13,328 nucleotides of DNA from Methanosarcinales archaeon (GTDB taxonomy: Archaea; Nanobdellota; Nanobdellia; Woesearchaeales; CG1-02-33-12), in the NCBI GenBank assembly GCA_017610505.1, contig JAFCBX010000019.1:1-13328 (forward strand), written 5' to 3'. Below are positions 1 through 8,028 of this stretch, one piece after another. How positions within the stretch are numbered: position 1 is the first letter of the stretch; every line of letters begins with the position of its first letter. A program made the position numbers and the translations under genes. The notes under the pieces were generated by a model. It was not told the origin of the DNA, made no database searches, and saw only the letters and a list, made by a program, of their open reading frames with translations.

Positions 1-1
1 T

Positions 2-178
2 AAAATAAAAAAAGAGCTCCATAATTTCATAGAAACCAGGGATTTATTTACGTTCTCTCATCACAGCCTGATTAAAAACAGCCCAATACAATTGTTCCAC
101 AAGGCAATAGAAGGTCTTGGAACAAAAATCTCTGAACTAAAATTCAATGAGCTTGAAAACTTCAAAAAGAGGTTATGA
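2..178 (+). CDS. 3' end of an unidentified upstream gene (5'-truncated by the window edge)
   Basis: Frame 2 is open from the window edge to TGA at 176-178 (...HKAIEGLGTKISELKFNELENFKKRL*). Its stop overlaps the ATG of the next gene (ATGA at 175-178), a typical coupled operon junction. No family recognised. Confidence 0.4.
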   Translation, partial: KIKKELHNFIETRDLFTFSHHSLIKNSPIQLFHKAIEGLGTKISELKFNELENFKKRL

Positions 179-1878
179 TGAAAAAGCAAAAAAAAGGGGC
201 AAACAGGAAAAAATATTCCCCAACAAAGCTAATTAAAGGACTTGAGACTATTGAAATTAATAAGGAATTAATTGAGAATTCCTGGGACATTATAGTTGTT
301 TCAAATTTAAAAGCCAGAATTCTATATGTAAATAAAGCAGTTAAAAGGTATGGGTTTAGCAAGGAAGAGTTAATAGGAAAATTTTTGTATAAACTTATTC
401 CAAAAAAGCAAATACCTTTTCTGGCAAGTGAAATGATAAAGGTGCTGAAAGGAAGAATAAGCAAGGGGAATATGGAAGTCCTTACAAAAAAAGGCATTAT
501 CACCTGCGAATTTGTAAGCACTCCAATTAAGAAAAACGGCAAGGTAATTGCACTTCAGACCATTCTCAGGGGCATCACAGAGCGCAAGAAAGCAGATGAA
601 ATAATAAAAAAAGAGAAAAAATTTAATGAAACTCTTGTTCAGGTATCTCCTGCTTTTTTTGTTGCTATCAACGCTGAGGGCAAGACCATAATGATGAACA
701 AGGCAATGCTCAGCGCTCTTGGATACACACTAAAAGAAGTTGAGGGCAAAGACTATCTAAAGACTTTCGTTCCAAAGAGAGACCATAAGATGCTGTCCAA
801 AGTATTTGAAAAGCTGACAAAATTACATGGGGCGTCCTTGAATGAAAACCATATTTTGACCAAAGATGGTAAAGAACTGCTTGTTGAGTGGCATGGAAGG
901 CCAATCTTTAATGAAAATGGCAAATTTGACTATTTCTTTGGGGTTGGCATTGACATCACAGAGCGAAAAAAGGCAGAAGAAGAAACCCAAAGCCAAGCTA
1001 AATTCCTTTCTGAAAATCCTAACCCTATAATGCGTATTTCCCAAGATGGAATTTTATTATATGCAAATGGAGCTGCTTTGGCTCTTGGAGGAAAATTAAA
1101 AATAGGAAAACCAATAGAAGAAAAATGGAGAAAAATATCCAAAAAAACCTATGAAGATAATCAGATTACAGAGCAAGAAGTGCCAGTTGGAGATATATTA
1201 TATTTATTTACGATAATTCCTATTAAAGGTGCTAGCTATATGAATGTGTATGGAAGGGATATCACAAAGCAAAAGAAGGCAGAGGAAAATCTGAAGGAAA
1301 GCGAAGACAATTTCAAAAACCTGTTTGAAAACATGAGCAGCGGAGTTGCAGTTTATAAGGCAGCGAATAATGGCAAAGACTTCATATTCACAAATTTCAA
1401 CAAGGCTGGCGAAAAAATTGATAATATCAAGCTGGAAGATGTCATTGGAAAAAGTGTTCTTAAAGTATTTCCCGAAGTTAAAAAATTTGGACTATTTGAA
1501 ACCTTTCAGAGAGTATGGAAGACCGGCAAGCCTGAGCATCATCCAATCTCAATCTATAAGGACAAAAGATTGACTGGCTGGAGGGAAAACTATGTTTACA
1601 AGCTGCCCTCAGGCAGAATAGTTGCAATATATAATGATATCACAAAGCAGAAAAAGGCAAAGGAAGCATTGAAGGAAAGTGAAGATAAATTCAGAACAAT
1701 AAGTTCATCTGCCAGGGATGCAATTATTATGATTGACAATGAGGGGAAAGTTAATTATTGGAACTATGCAGCAGAAAAACTATTTGGGTATAAATCTAAA
1801 GAAATCTTGGGAAAAAACTTGCATAAGGTCATTACACCACAAAGGTATATCAAAGCATACATATGCAAGAGGATTTAA
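175..1878 (+). CDS. Multi-PAS sensor protein, N-terminal fragment (PAS 1-4 plus first half of PAS 5) of a frameshifted gene
   Basis: ATG at 175 (or 178) lies just downstream of AGAGGT. The sequence shows repeated PAS/S-box modules, each ending in a [DG]IT[EK][RQ]KKA[ED]E linker (GITERKKADE, DITERKKAEE, DITKQKKAEE, DITKQKKAKE). The third module carries the SENPNPI..ISQDG...YAN signature. The ORF stops at 1876-1878 in the middle of PAS 5 (...LHKVITPQRYIKA). Confidence 0.85.
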   Translation: MMKKQKKGANRKKYSPTKLIKGLETIEINKELIENSWDIIVVSNLKARILYVNKAVKRYGFSKEELIGKFLYKLIPKKQIPFLASEMIKVLKGRISKGNMEVLTKKGIITCEFVSTPIKKNGKVIALQTILRGITERKKADEIIKKEKKFNETLVQVSPAFFVAINAEGKTIMMNKAMLSALGYTLKEVEGKDYLKTFVPKRDHKMLSKVFEKLTKLHGASLNENHILTKDGKELLVEWHGRPIFNENGKFDYFFGVGIDITERKKAEEETQSQAKFLSENPNPIMRISQDGILLYANGAALALGGKLKIGKPIEEKWRKISKKTYEDNQITEQEVPVGDILYLFTIIPIKGASYMNVYGRDITKQKKAEENLKESEDNFKNLFENMSSGVAVYKAANNGKDFIFTNFNKAGEKIDNIKLEDVIGKSVLKVFPEVKKFGLFETFQRVWKTGKPEHHPISIYKDKRLTGWRENYVYKLPSGRIVAIYNDITKQKKAKEALKESEDKFRTISSSARDAIIMIDNEGKVNYWNYAAEKLFGYKSKEILGKNLHKVITPQRYIKAYICKRI

Positions 1879-2935
1879 AAAATTCCAAGTTACAGGAAAT
1901 GGTGCTGCAGTAGGGAAAACACTTGAATTAAATGCCCTGAAAAAAGATGGAACAGAATTTCCTGTTGAATTATCCATGTCCTCAGTTAAGATAAAAGGAA
2001 AATGGAATGCAATAGGAATGATAAGGGATACCACCGAAAGGAAAAAGGCAGAAAATATATTACAGGAAAAAGAGGGATTGCTTAGAGCTACACTTGAATC
2101 AACTGATGATGGCATTCTTGTGGTAGATGAACAATGGCATGTTACCCACACAAACACTAGATTTACAAAGATGTGGAAAATACCAAAGAAAATCATCCAA
2201 ACAGGTGATGATAGGAAGTTGCTTGACTATGTTCTTAACCAGTTGGAAGACCCGCAAGCATTTCTTTCAAGGGTTAAACAATTGTACAAGACACCAAAGG
2301 AAAGCCTTGATATAATCACTTTCAAGGATGACAGGGTTTTTGAGCGCTTTTCATGTCCTTTGATTCAAAAGGGAAAAGTCACTGGGAGGGTTTGGAATTT
2401 TAGAGATGTCACAGAGCGCAAAAAGGCAGAAAACGCAATACATGAAAGTGAAGAAAGATACAGGGCAACATTTGAAAGCACTGGAACAGCAATGATGATT
2501 ATTGAGGAAGACACTACAATTTCTCTAGCCAACCATCAGCTTGAGCTATTGGCTGGCTATTCAAAACAGGAAATTGAAGGCAAAATAAGCTGGACAAAAT
2601 TTGTCCACAAGAAAGACCTTGAAAAGATGAAAAAGTATCACAAGGAAAGAAGAAAACAAGAAGGAAATGCCCCTAAACAGTATGAATTCCGCTTTATTGA
2701 TAAAAATAAAAATATAAAAAATATCTTCCTCACAGTAAATGTTATTCCAGGAACAAAAAAAAGTATAGCATCATTAATGGATATTACCGAGCGCAAACAA
2801 ATAGAGCAAGAAATTAAAAAAAGAAACGAAGAACTTGAAAAGTTCAACAAGTTTGTGGTTGGCAGAGAGCTTAAGATGGTTGAGTTAAAGAGGAGAATAA
2901 AAAAGCTTGAGGCAAACTTAGGAAAAAAGAGGTAA
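1733..2935 (+). CDS. Multi-PAS sensor protein, C-terminal fragment (second half of PAS 5, PAS 6-7, conserved C-terminal helix) of the same frameshifted gene
   Basis: Frame 2 continues the interrupted PAS fold from about 1856 (HTYARGFKKFQVTGNGAAVGKTLELNALKKDGTEFPVELSMS...RDTTERKKAE). Two more PAS modules follow (RDVTERKKAEN, DITERKQIEQ). It ends with EELEKFNKFVVGRELKMVELKRRIKKLEANLGKKR*. The track start at 1733 is a TTG inside the overlap and is probably not a real start. No kinase, GGDEF, HTH or other output domain is present. Confidence 0.85.
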   Translation: MTMRGKLIIGTMQQKNYLGINLKKSWEKTCIRSLHHKGISKHTYARGFKKFQVTGNGAAVGKTLELNALKKDGTEFPVELSMSSVKIKGKWNAIGMIRDTTERKKAENILQEKEGLLRATLESTDDGILVVDEQWHVTHTNTRFTKMWKIPKKIIQTGDDRKLLDYVLNQLEDPQAFLSRVKQLYKTPKESLDIITFKDDRVFERFSCPLIQKGKVTGRVWNFRDVTERKKAENAIHESEERYRATFESTGTAMMIIEEDTTISLANHQLELLAGYSKQEIEGKISWTKFVHKKDLEKMKKYHKERRKQEGNAPKQYEFRFIDKNKNIKNIFLTVNVIPGTKKSIASLMDITERKQIEQEIKKRNEELEKFNKFVVGRELKMVELKRRIKKLEANLGKKR

Positions 2936-2938
2936 AAA

Positions 2939-3796
2939 ATGAATGATCTTTTGATATCATTAGGGCAGACAATGTTTAATCTACTTGTTTTTGTTTCATT
3001 TTCTGTGACAATCATATATTTGCTTACTAAAAATAAAAGATTTGCAGATTTTCTTGTATCAGAAAAACCAAAAATTAAATACCAAATTATAGCTGTGATA
3101 CTCTTTGGGATAATTATAATTTTGGCATCAAAATACGCAATTATTGTTATGGGAGCGCGCATTAACATCAGGACTTGTATAGCAATATTCTCCGGAATTC
3201 TTGCAGGTCCAGCAGCGGGCATTGCAGTTGGATTAATAGGGGGGATTTACAGGATGGCTTTGGGTGGATGGAGTGCACTCCCTTGCGGTTTGGCTACAAT
3301 AGGTGCAGGTATGATAGGGGCTTATCTTTATAAGTATAAAAACTATAAGATAAAAAATATAACCCTTAAGCAAATAGGGATAATAACCCTAATAGTTGGG
3401 GTATGGGAATTTATTCATATAGAGGTTCTTGTTCCTCTTTTAGGGGAAAAGCCCATACTTGAGGCATTATCAATTGCAAATCCTCACCTTATCCTGCCAA
3501 TGGCATTGCTGAATATGCTTGGCATAGTAACATTCCTCTTGGTATGTAAAGATACTAAAGAATTAAGAGAGAGTATAAAGATAAAAGAAGATGCCATAAA
3601 AACTAATGTTGAAGCCAGGCAATTGTTGGAAGAACATGTAAAGGAAAGGACTATTGAACTAGAAAAATCAAAGGCTAAACTGCAGTCAAAAGTAGAGGAA
3701 CTGAAAAAATTCAATAATCTTACAGTCGGAAGAGAGATGAGAATGGTTGAATTGAAGAAAAAAGTAAAAGAGTTGGAAGAAAAAATTAAGAAGTAA
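2939..3796 (+). CDS. Membrane sensor with a LytS/YhcK-type 5TM receptor domain (5TMR-LYT-like) and a C-terminal coiled coil; no output domain
   Basis: ATG at 2939 is preceded by AAAAGAGGTAAAAA, 3 nt after the upstream stop. About 5-6 hydrophobic helices are present, with the glycine-rich 5TMR-LYT signature GARINIRTCIAIFSGILAGPAAGIAVGLIGGIYRMALGGW. A cytoplasmic tail of about 85 aa ends in VEELKKFNNLTVGREMRMVELKKKVKELEEKIKK*. Confidence 0.8.
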   Translation: MNDLLISLGQTMFNLLVFVSFSVTIIYLLTKNKRFADFLVSEKPKIKYQIIAVILFGIIIILASKYAIIVMGARINIRTCIAIFSGILAGPAAGIAVGLIGGIYRMALGGWSALPCGLATIGAGMIGAYLYKYKNYKIKNITLKQIGIITLIVGVWEFIHIEVLVPLLGEKPILEALSIANPHLILPMALLNMLGIVTFLLVCKDTKELRESIKIKEDAIKTNVEARQLLEEHVKERTIELEKSKAKLQSKVEELKKFNNLTVGREMRMVELKKKVKELEEKIKK

Positions 3797-3836
3797 ACAA
3801 AGAGTGCAATAATCAATATCAAAAAGAGGTAAAAAG

Positions 3837-5117
3837 ATGAAATTTTTGAATGTTCCAGTGGGACACAAAAAAAGTGAAACTTTTTTTCGCGTTAATGAGA
3901 AAAGCTTGGAAAATTTTAATTTATTAAAAAAAAGTTCTGTATTCTTAATATTATTAGTGATAATATTTTCCGCATTTATTTCAGGGTGCTCAAATCTTCA
4001 ATCAAAGCAGGAAACAATAAAAATAGTTGCCAGTTTTCCTATGAGGGAAATTGATGTTGGGCAAGATATTGTTAATGGAATTAAATTAGCCCTTGAGGAA
4101 GCTGATTATACGGCAGAAAACTATAAGATTAAGTTAGTAGTAGAGGATGGCGGCGATGAAACAGGCACTTGGCAGGCATCTATAGAAAGAGAAATAGCAA
4201 AAAGAGCTGTAGAAGATCCTGACGTAATGGTTTATTTAGGAACGTATAATAGCGGTGCGGCAAAAGTTAGCATCCCCATTACAAATCAATGGGGGCTTGT
4301 TCAGATAAGCCCGGGGAATACATGGCCAGGATTAACAAAGCCAGGTTTCTTTCCTGGAGAGCCAGGTTTATTTTACCCAACAGGAGTGCGGAATTATTTT
4401 AGGGTTTGCCCAAATGATGCAGTGCAGGGTCCAGCTGGGGCTGTCTGGGCCAAAGAAATGAAGTTACAAAATATTTACATATTTGATGACGGAGAAGCAT
4501 ATGGCAAAGGAATTGCCAATATTTTTGAAGAAAAAGCAACTGAACTGGGTTTGAACATATTAGGGCACAAAACTCTTGACAAAAAGTCAGAAGATTTTAC
4601 AGGAGAGTTAAGCAAAATCAAAGATTTAGATTTAGACCTTATTTATTTTGGGGGTATAACACCCAATGGAGCAGTTCCATTGGTTAAAGGCATTAAAGAG
4701 TTAGGAATAACCGCTGAATTCATGGGACCTGATGGCATCATGGAGCAGGCTTTTATAGGCCAGGCAGGAGATGCTGCAGAAGGGACATATGTGGCTGTTG
4801 TTGGAATGCCTACAAAAGGGCTTAAAGGGAAAGGAAAGGAATTTTATGAAAATTACCTGAAGCAATACAGTAAAGAGCCAGGGGCATTCTCAGGTTTTGG
4901 TTATGAAGCAACTAAAGTGGCCTTATTAGCAATTGAAAGGGCTGGTGTAAAAAATAGAGCAAAAATTTTAGAAGAAGTATCAAAAATAAAAAACTATGAC
5001 GGGCTTTTTGGGACTTGGAGTTTTGATAAATATGGTGATACTACTTTAACTATTGTGAGCGGAAATATAGTAAAAAACAAGAGTTTTGTTTTTGAAAAAT
5101 TATTATCCTCAAAATAA
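3837..5117 (+). CDS. Extracellular solute-binding lipoprotein, LivK/branched-chain-amino-acid-binding type (Peripla_BP_6-like)
   Basis: ATG at 3837 has AAGAGGT 7 nt upstream. The signal peptide carries a lipobox-like FISGC|SN. Type-I periplasmic binding-protein motifs run throughout (IKIVASFP...GQDIVNGIKLALEE, YLGTYNSGAAKVSIPITNQWGLVQISPGNT, YFRVCPNDAVQGPAGA, IYIFDDGEAYGKGIA, DLIYFGG, GYEATKVALLAIERAG). Confidence 0.85.
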   Translation: MKFLNVPVGHKKSETFFRVNEKSLENFNLLKKSSVFLILLVIIFSAFISGCSNLQSKQETIKIVASFPMREIDVGQDIVNGIKLALEEADYTAENYKIKLVVEDGGDETGTWQASIEREIAKRAVEDPDVMVYLGTYNSGAAKVSIPITNQWGLVQISPGNTWPGLTKPGFFPGEPGLFYPTGVRNYFRVCPNDAVQGPAGAVWAKEMKLQNIYIFDDGEAYGKGIANIFEEKATELGLNILGHKTLDKKSEDFTGELSKIKDLDLDLIYFGGITPNGAVPLVKGIKELGITAEFMGPDGIMEQAFIGQAGDAAEGTYVAVVGMPTKGLKGKGKEFYENYLKQYSKEPGAFSGFGYEATKVALLAIERAGVKNRAKILEEVSKIKNYDGLFGTWSFDKYGDTTLTIVSGNIVKNKSFVFEKLLSSK

Positions 5118-5133
5118 TGAGATTATAAGCAGA

Positions 5134-7047
5134 ATGGAAAAGAGTATTAAGGCAATATTCAGTAGGATTGGATTAAAATTAATAATCCCTTATTTAATAA
5201 TCTCTTTTTTTACTTTAATATTAATTGCAGGATTAATTTACTATAATTATAATGTACAAATTGATTCTATCCAAAAAATTCAGGAAGAAATTTCATTAAA
5301 ATCTAGTTCTGAAATTAATTATTATATTAAAAATATTATTGATGAATTGGATTTATTTAGCAAGGATATTGGTAAAACTAACCGCTTTGAAAAAAATTTA
5401 AACATAAAAACCTTAAAAAATTTAATTGATTATGACCCAAGTATTTATTCACTTTCAATTATTAATATAGAAGGAAATGAAATAACTAAAATTGTTAGAT
5501 ATAACCCGAAGGCATCTTTAGAGTTAAGGGATGTTTCTTCTCAGGAGAAATTTAAGAAAGCACTTGAAGAAGGAATTTATTTGAGTGATATTTATATTTC
5601 TGAATATAAAGTTCCTTTTATTTCAATTAGTTTGCCAATATTAGATGAAAATAACACAATAATTGGGGTTCTTACTTCTGAAGCTGATTTAAGCCCTATG
5701 TGGGGAACTATATCTAAAATAAGGGTTAAAAAAACAGGGTATGTTTATGTTGTAGATCAAAATGCAAACCTTATAGCATATAAAGATGTAAGTTTAGTTA
5801 AGAAAAAGTTAAATCTAGAGCATATTCAAGGTGTGAAAAACTTTTTGAATAATATCCCTAAATCTGAAACTTACACTTCATTTAATAATGAAAAAGTTAT
5901 TGGTACTTGGAAATCAATTGATATTGCTGGTTGGGGCGTAATTGTAGAATTGCCCTATAAAGAAGTATCTCAAGAACTATTAGTGCTTCTCTTTATTGGT
6001 TTGAGCTCATTTGTTATATTTATTCTATTTATAATTATAATTTTAATAATTATTTTCAAAAAATTATTAGCACCACTTAGCTATTTACAAAAAGGGGTTA
6101 TGGAAGTTAAAGGTGGGAACTTAGATTACAAGATCAATATAACATCCAAGGATGAAATTGGTGAACTTGCCTTTGCTTTCAACCAAATGACTAAGGATTT
6201 AAAAAAGTCAAGGGCAGTTATTGAGAAACACACTGAGAATCTGGAAAGAGAGGTTTCCAAAAGGACAAAAGAACTTAATGAAAATTTCAAAGAGGTTAAT
6301 GATACAAAAACAGCTGCATTAAATATGATGGAAGATCTGCATGAAGCAAATGAAGAGCTTAAAGAGCTTGATAAGGCAAAATCAAATTTCCTGAATATAA
6401 TATCCCATGAATTAAAAACCCCATTAACAGCAGTAATAGCACATCTAGGTGTGTTGGAAGACTTAAAAACAAATCTGACTCCTGATGAAATAAAAAGTGT
6501 GGAAGCAATAAAAAGGAATACAAGCAACCTGAAAATGCTGATAGAGAATATACTGGAAACCTCAAGAATGGAGGCTAAAAAATTTGAGATAAACCTGACA
6601 AAAGTCAGCCTTGAATATCTAATTAAAATGGTCGTGGCAGATTTAATGGTTTTATCAGAGAAAAAAGGGCTAAAGCTAATAACAAAGATAAGCAAATTGC
6701 CAAAAATCTCAATGGATGAGGAAAGGACAAGGGAAATATTAAACAACCTTATTACCAATGCAATTAAATTCACTGAAAATGGCTCAATTACAGTAAAAGC
6801 CAAAAAAATAAGGAATTATATTTCAGTGGATGTAATAGACACAGGCATAGGTATATCAAAGGAAAACTTAAAAAAGATATTTGAGAAATTTTACCAGATC
6901 GACCCTTCTCTAGCAAGGAAATATGGGGGAACAGGTCTTGGGCTGTCAATAACAAAGCAGTTGGTTGAGGCGCAGGGAGGAAAAATAAGTGTAAAAAGTG
7001 TTTTGGGCAAGGGCTCAACATTTTCATTTAAATTACCTATAAAATAG
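5134..7047 (+). CDS. Sensor histidine kinase: TM, Cache-like extracellular domain, TM, HAMP, coiled coil, HisKA, HATPase_c
   Basis: The preferred start is ATG 5134 (MEKSIKAIF...). The track start at 5086 is a TTG that overlaps the upstream gene by 32 nt. Two TM segments flank an extracellular domain of about 250 aa with Cache-like motifs (IIGVLTSEADL, KKTGYVYVVDQNANLIAYKD, GWGVIVELPYKE). Downstream come HAMP (LAPLSYLQKGVMEVKGGNLDYKINITSKDEIGELAFAFNQMTKDL), an S-helix (AALNMMEDL), the H-box FLNIISHELKTPL, the N-box NLITNAIKFT, G1 DTGIGI and G2 GGTGLGLSI. Confidence 0.9.
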   Translation: MEKSIKAIFSRIGLKLIIPYLIISFFTLILIAGLIYYNYNVQIDSIQKIQEEISLKSSSEINYYIKNIIDELDLFSKDIGKTNRFEKNLNIKTLKNLIDYDPSIYSLSIINIEGNEITKIVRYNPKASLELRDVSSQEKFKKALEEGIYLSDIYISEYKVPFISISLPILDENNTIIGVLTSEADLSPMWGTISKIRVKKTGYVYVVDQNANLIAYKDVSLVKKKLNLEHIQGVKNFLNNIPKSETYTSFNNEKVIGTWKSIDIAGWGVIVELPYKEVSQELLVLLFIGLSSFVIFILFIIIILIIIFKKLLAPLSYLQKGVMEVKGGNLDYKINITSKDEIGELAFAFNQMTKDLKKSRAVIEKHTENLEREVSKRTKELNENFKEVNDTKTAALNMMEDLHEANEELKELDKAKSNFLNIISHELKTPLTAVIAHLGVLEDLKTNLTPDEIKSVEAIKRNTSNLKMLIENILETSRMEAKKFEINLTKVSLEYLIKMVVADLMVLSEKKGLKLITKISKLPKISMDEERTREILNNLITNAIKFTENGSITVKAKKIRNYISVDVIDTGIGISKENLKKIFEKFYQIDPSLARKYGGTGLGLSITKQLVEAQGGKISVKSVLGKGSTFSFKLPIK

Positions 7048-7061
7048 GGGAGGTGAACAAA

Positions 7062-7511
7062 ATGAAACCAATGAAAATTAAAAATTTTCATGGTTCTGAA
7101 AATTCAAAGAATTTTCAAGAACTTTCAAAGAAAGGTTTAGAGAAACCGAAGGTTTTTCAAAAAAAAATACTTTACATAGAGGACAATGAGGATACTGCTG
7201 ATGCAGTAAAAGCAATCCTGACACATGCCGGCTTTGAAGCAGATATATCCCTATCTGGAAAAGGTGGAATAAAAAAAGCAGAGAAAATGTTTGACTTAAT
7301 CCTAATAGACATAATGCTTCCTGACATGTCTGGATGGGATGTCTTTACAAAGCTGAATAAGAAAACAAAGGCAAAATTTGCTTTTCTCAGCGCTATTCCT
7401 GTATCAAATGAAAGGATGAAAGTTCTGAAGAAGGCAGGAATCTCAGACTATATAACAAAGCCATTTGAAAAGGATGACTTAATCAATAGAATAAAGAAAA
7501 TATTAAAATAA
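7062..7511 (+). CDS. Stand-alone CheY-like response regulator (REC only) with a Lys-rich N-terminal extension of about 35 aa
   Basis: GGGGAGGTGA at 7047-7056 lies 5 nt upstream of ATG 7062. The track start at 7053 is a GTG inside that SD sequence. REC motifs are present: ILYIEDNED, the phospho-acceptor context DLILIDIMLPDMSG, and ITKPF. No DNA-binding or enzymatic output domain is present. Confidence 0.88.
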   Translation: MKPMKIKNFHGSENSKNFQELSKKGLEKPKVFQKKILYIEDNEDTADAVKAILTHAGFEADISLSGKGGIKKAEKMFDLILIDIMLPDMSGWDVFTKLNKKTKAKFAFLSAIPVSNERMKVLKKAGISDYITKPFEKDDLINRIKKILK

Positions 7512-7548
7512 AAAGATTTAAAACTATCAATAATCCAGGAATTGCAAA

Positions 7549-8028
7549 ATGACATCATTATTAATAATCACTTCAGTAGAAAAACTGCAAACCAGGGTAA
7601 ACTCTGTGGTAAAATCCTTTAAAAATATCCCTGGAATTTATGTTTCCTTAAACAAAACCCAAAAAAGCACAGAAAATATTCTCAGGAAAAATAAGATAAA
7701 TACAAACAAAATATTTTTCATAGACTGTGTTACATCTGAAAAAACAAAGGAGGATGTCTTGCATATAGCGCCTGACCAGCTTGACTTATTGAGCTCTGCA
7801 ATCAACACTTTTATAAAAGACATTAAAGGAAAAAAATTTCTGGTTGTAGATGCATTGTCAACCTTATTAATTTACAATGATGAAAACAAGGTTGTCAAGT
7901 TTGTCAAGGAAGTTACTGAGTATGCCTCCCAAAATGATGTAAAAGTTACGGCTTTCAGCCCTAAAACAAAGGGGGAGGAATTATTAAACAAAATATTCAA
8001 TTTTTTTGACGAGGTAAAAAAAAGATGA
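7549..8028 (+). CDS. Hypothetical protein; possible degenerate RecA/KaiC-superfamily domain lacking a Walker A P-loop
   Basis: ATG 7549 has AGGA 9 nt upstream. The strand/helix pattern resembles KaiC/RadA-like modules (GIYVSLNKT...IFFIDCVT...LLSSAINTFIKDIKGKKFLVVDALSTLLIYND...VKFVKEVTEYASQNDVKVTAFS), but no GxxxxGK[ST] is present. The CDS call is solid; the fold assignment is by-eye and weak. Confidence 0.6.
   Translation: MTSLLIITSVEKLQTRVNSVVKSFKNIPGIYVSLNKTQKSTENILRKNKINTNKIFFIDCVTSEKTKEDVLHIAPDQLDLLSSAINTFIKDIKGKKFLVVDALSTLLIYNDENKVVKFVKEVTEYASQNDVKVTAFSPKTKGEELLNKIFNFFDEVKKR

Noticed and set aside
162-542. Antisense ORFs inside long genes (162-542, 1780-2196, 2638-3222, 3484-3822, 6126-6803, all on the minus strand)
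   Set aside because: These are Phe/Leu/Ser/Ile-rich low-complexity translations, the typical shadows of Lys/Glu-rich coding sequence on the opposite strand. They have no start-site signals and fully overlap well-supported genes.
1258-1698. DNA-level repeat between PAS linkers (1258-1320 vs 1636-1698, about 50 of 63 nt identical by my count)
   Set aside because: It is explained by the conserved peptide DITKQKKA.E.LKESED.F in an AT-biased codon background. There is no evidence of a mobile repeat or recent duplication beyond ordinary PAS modularity.
1846-1878. Programmed ribosomal frameshift joining the two PAS ORFs
   Set aside because: A +1 shift is required, but there is no recognisable +1 shift site such as a rare or stop codon in the 0-frame at the shift point. 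There is also no slippery heptamer and no obvious downstream structure. A simple indel or sequencing error is more parsimonious.
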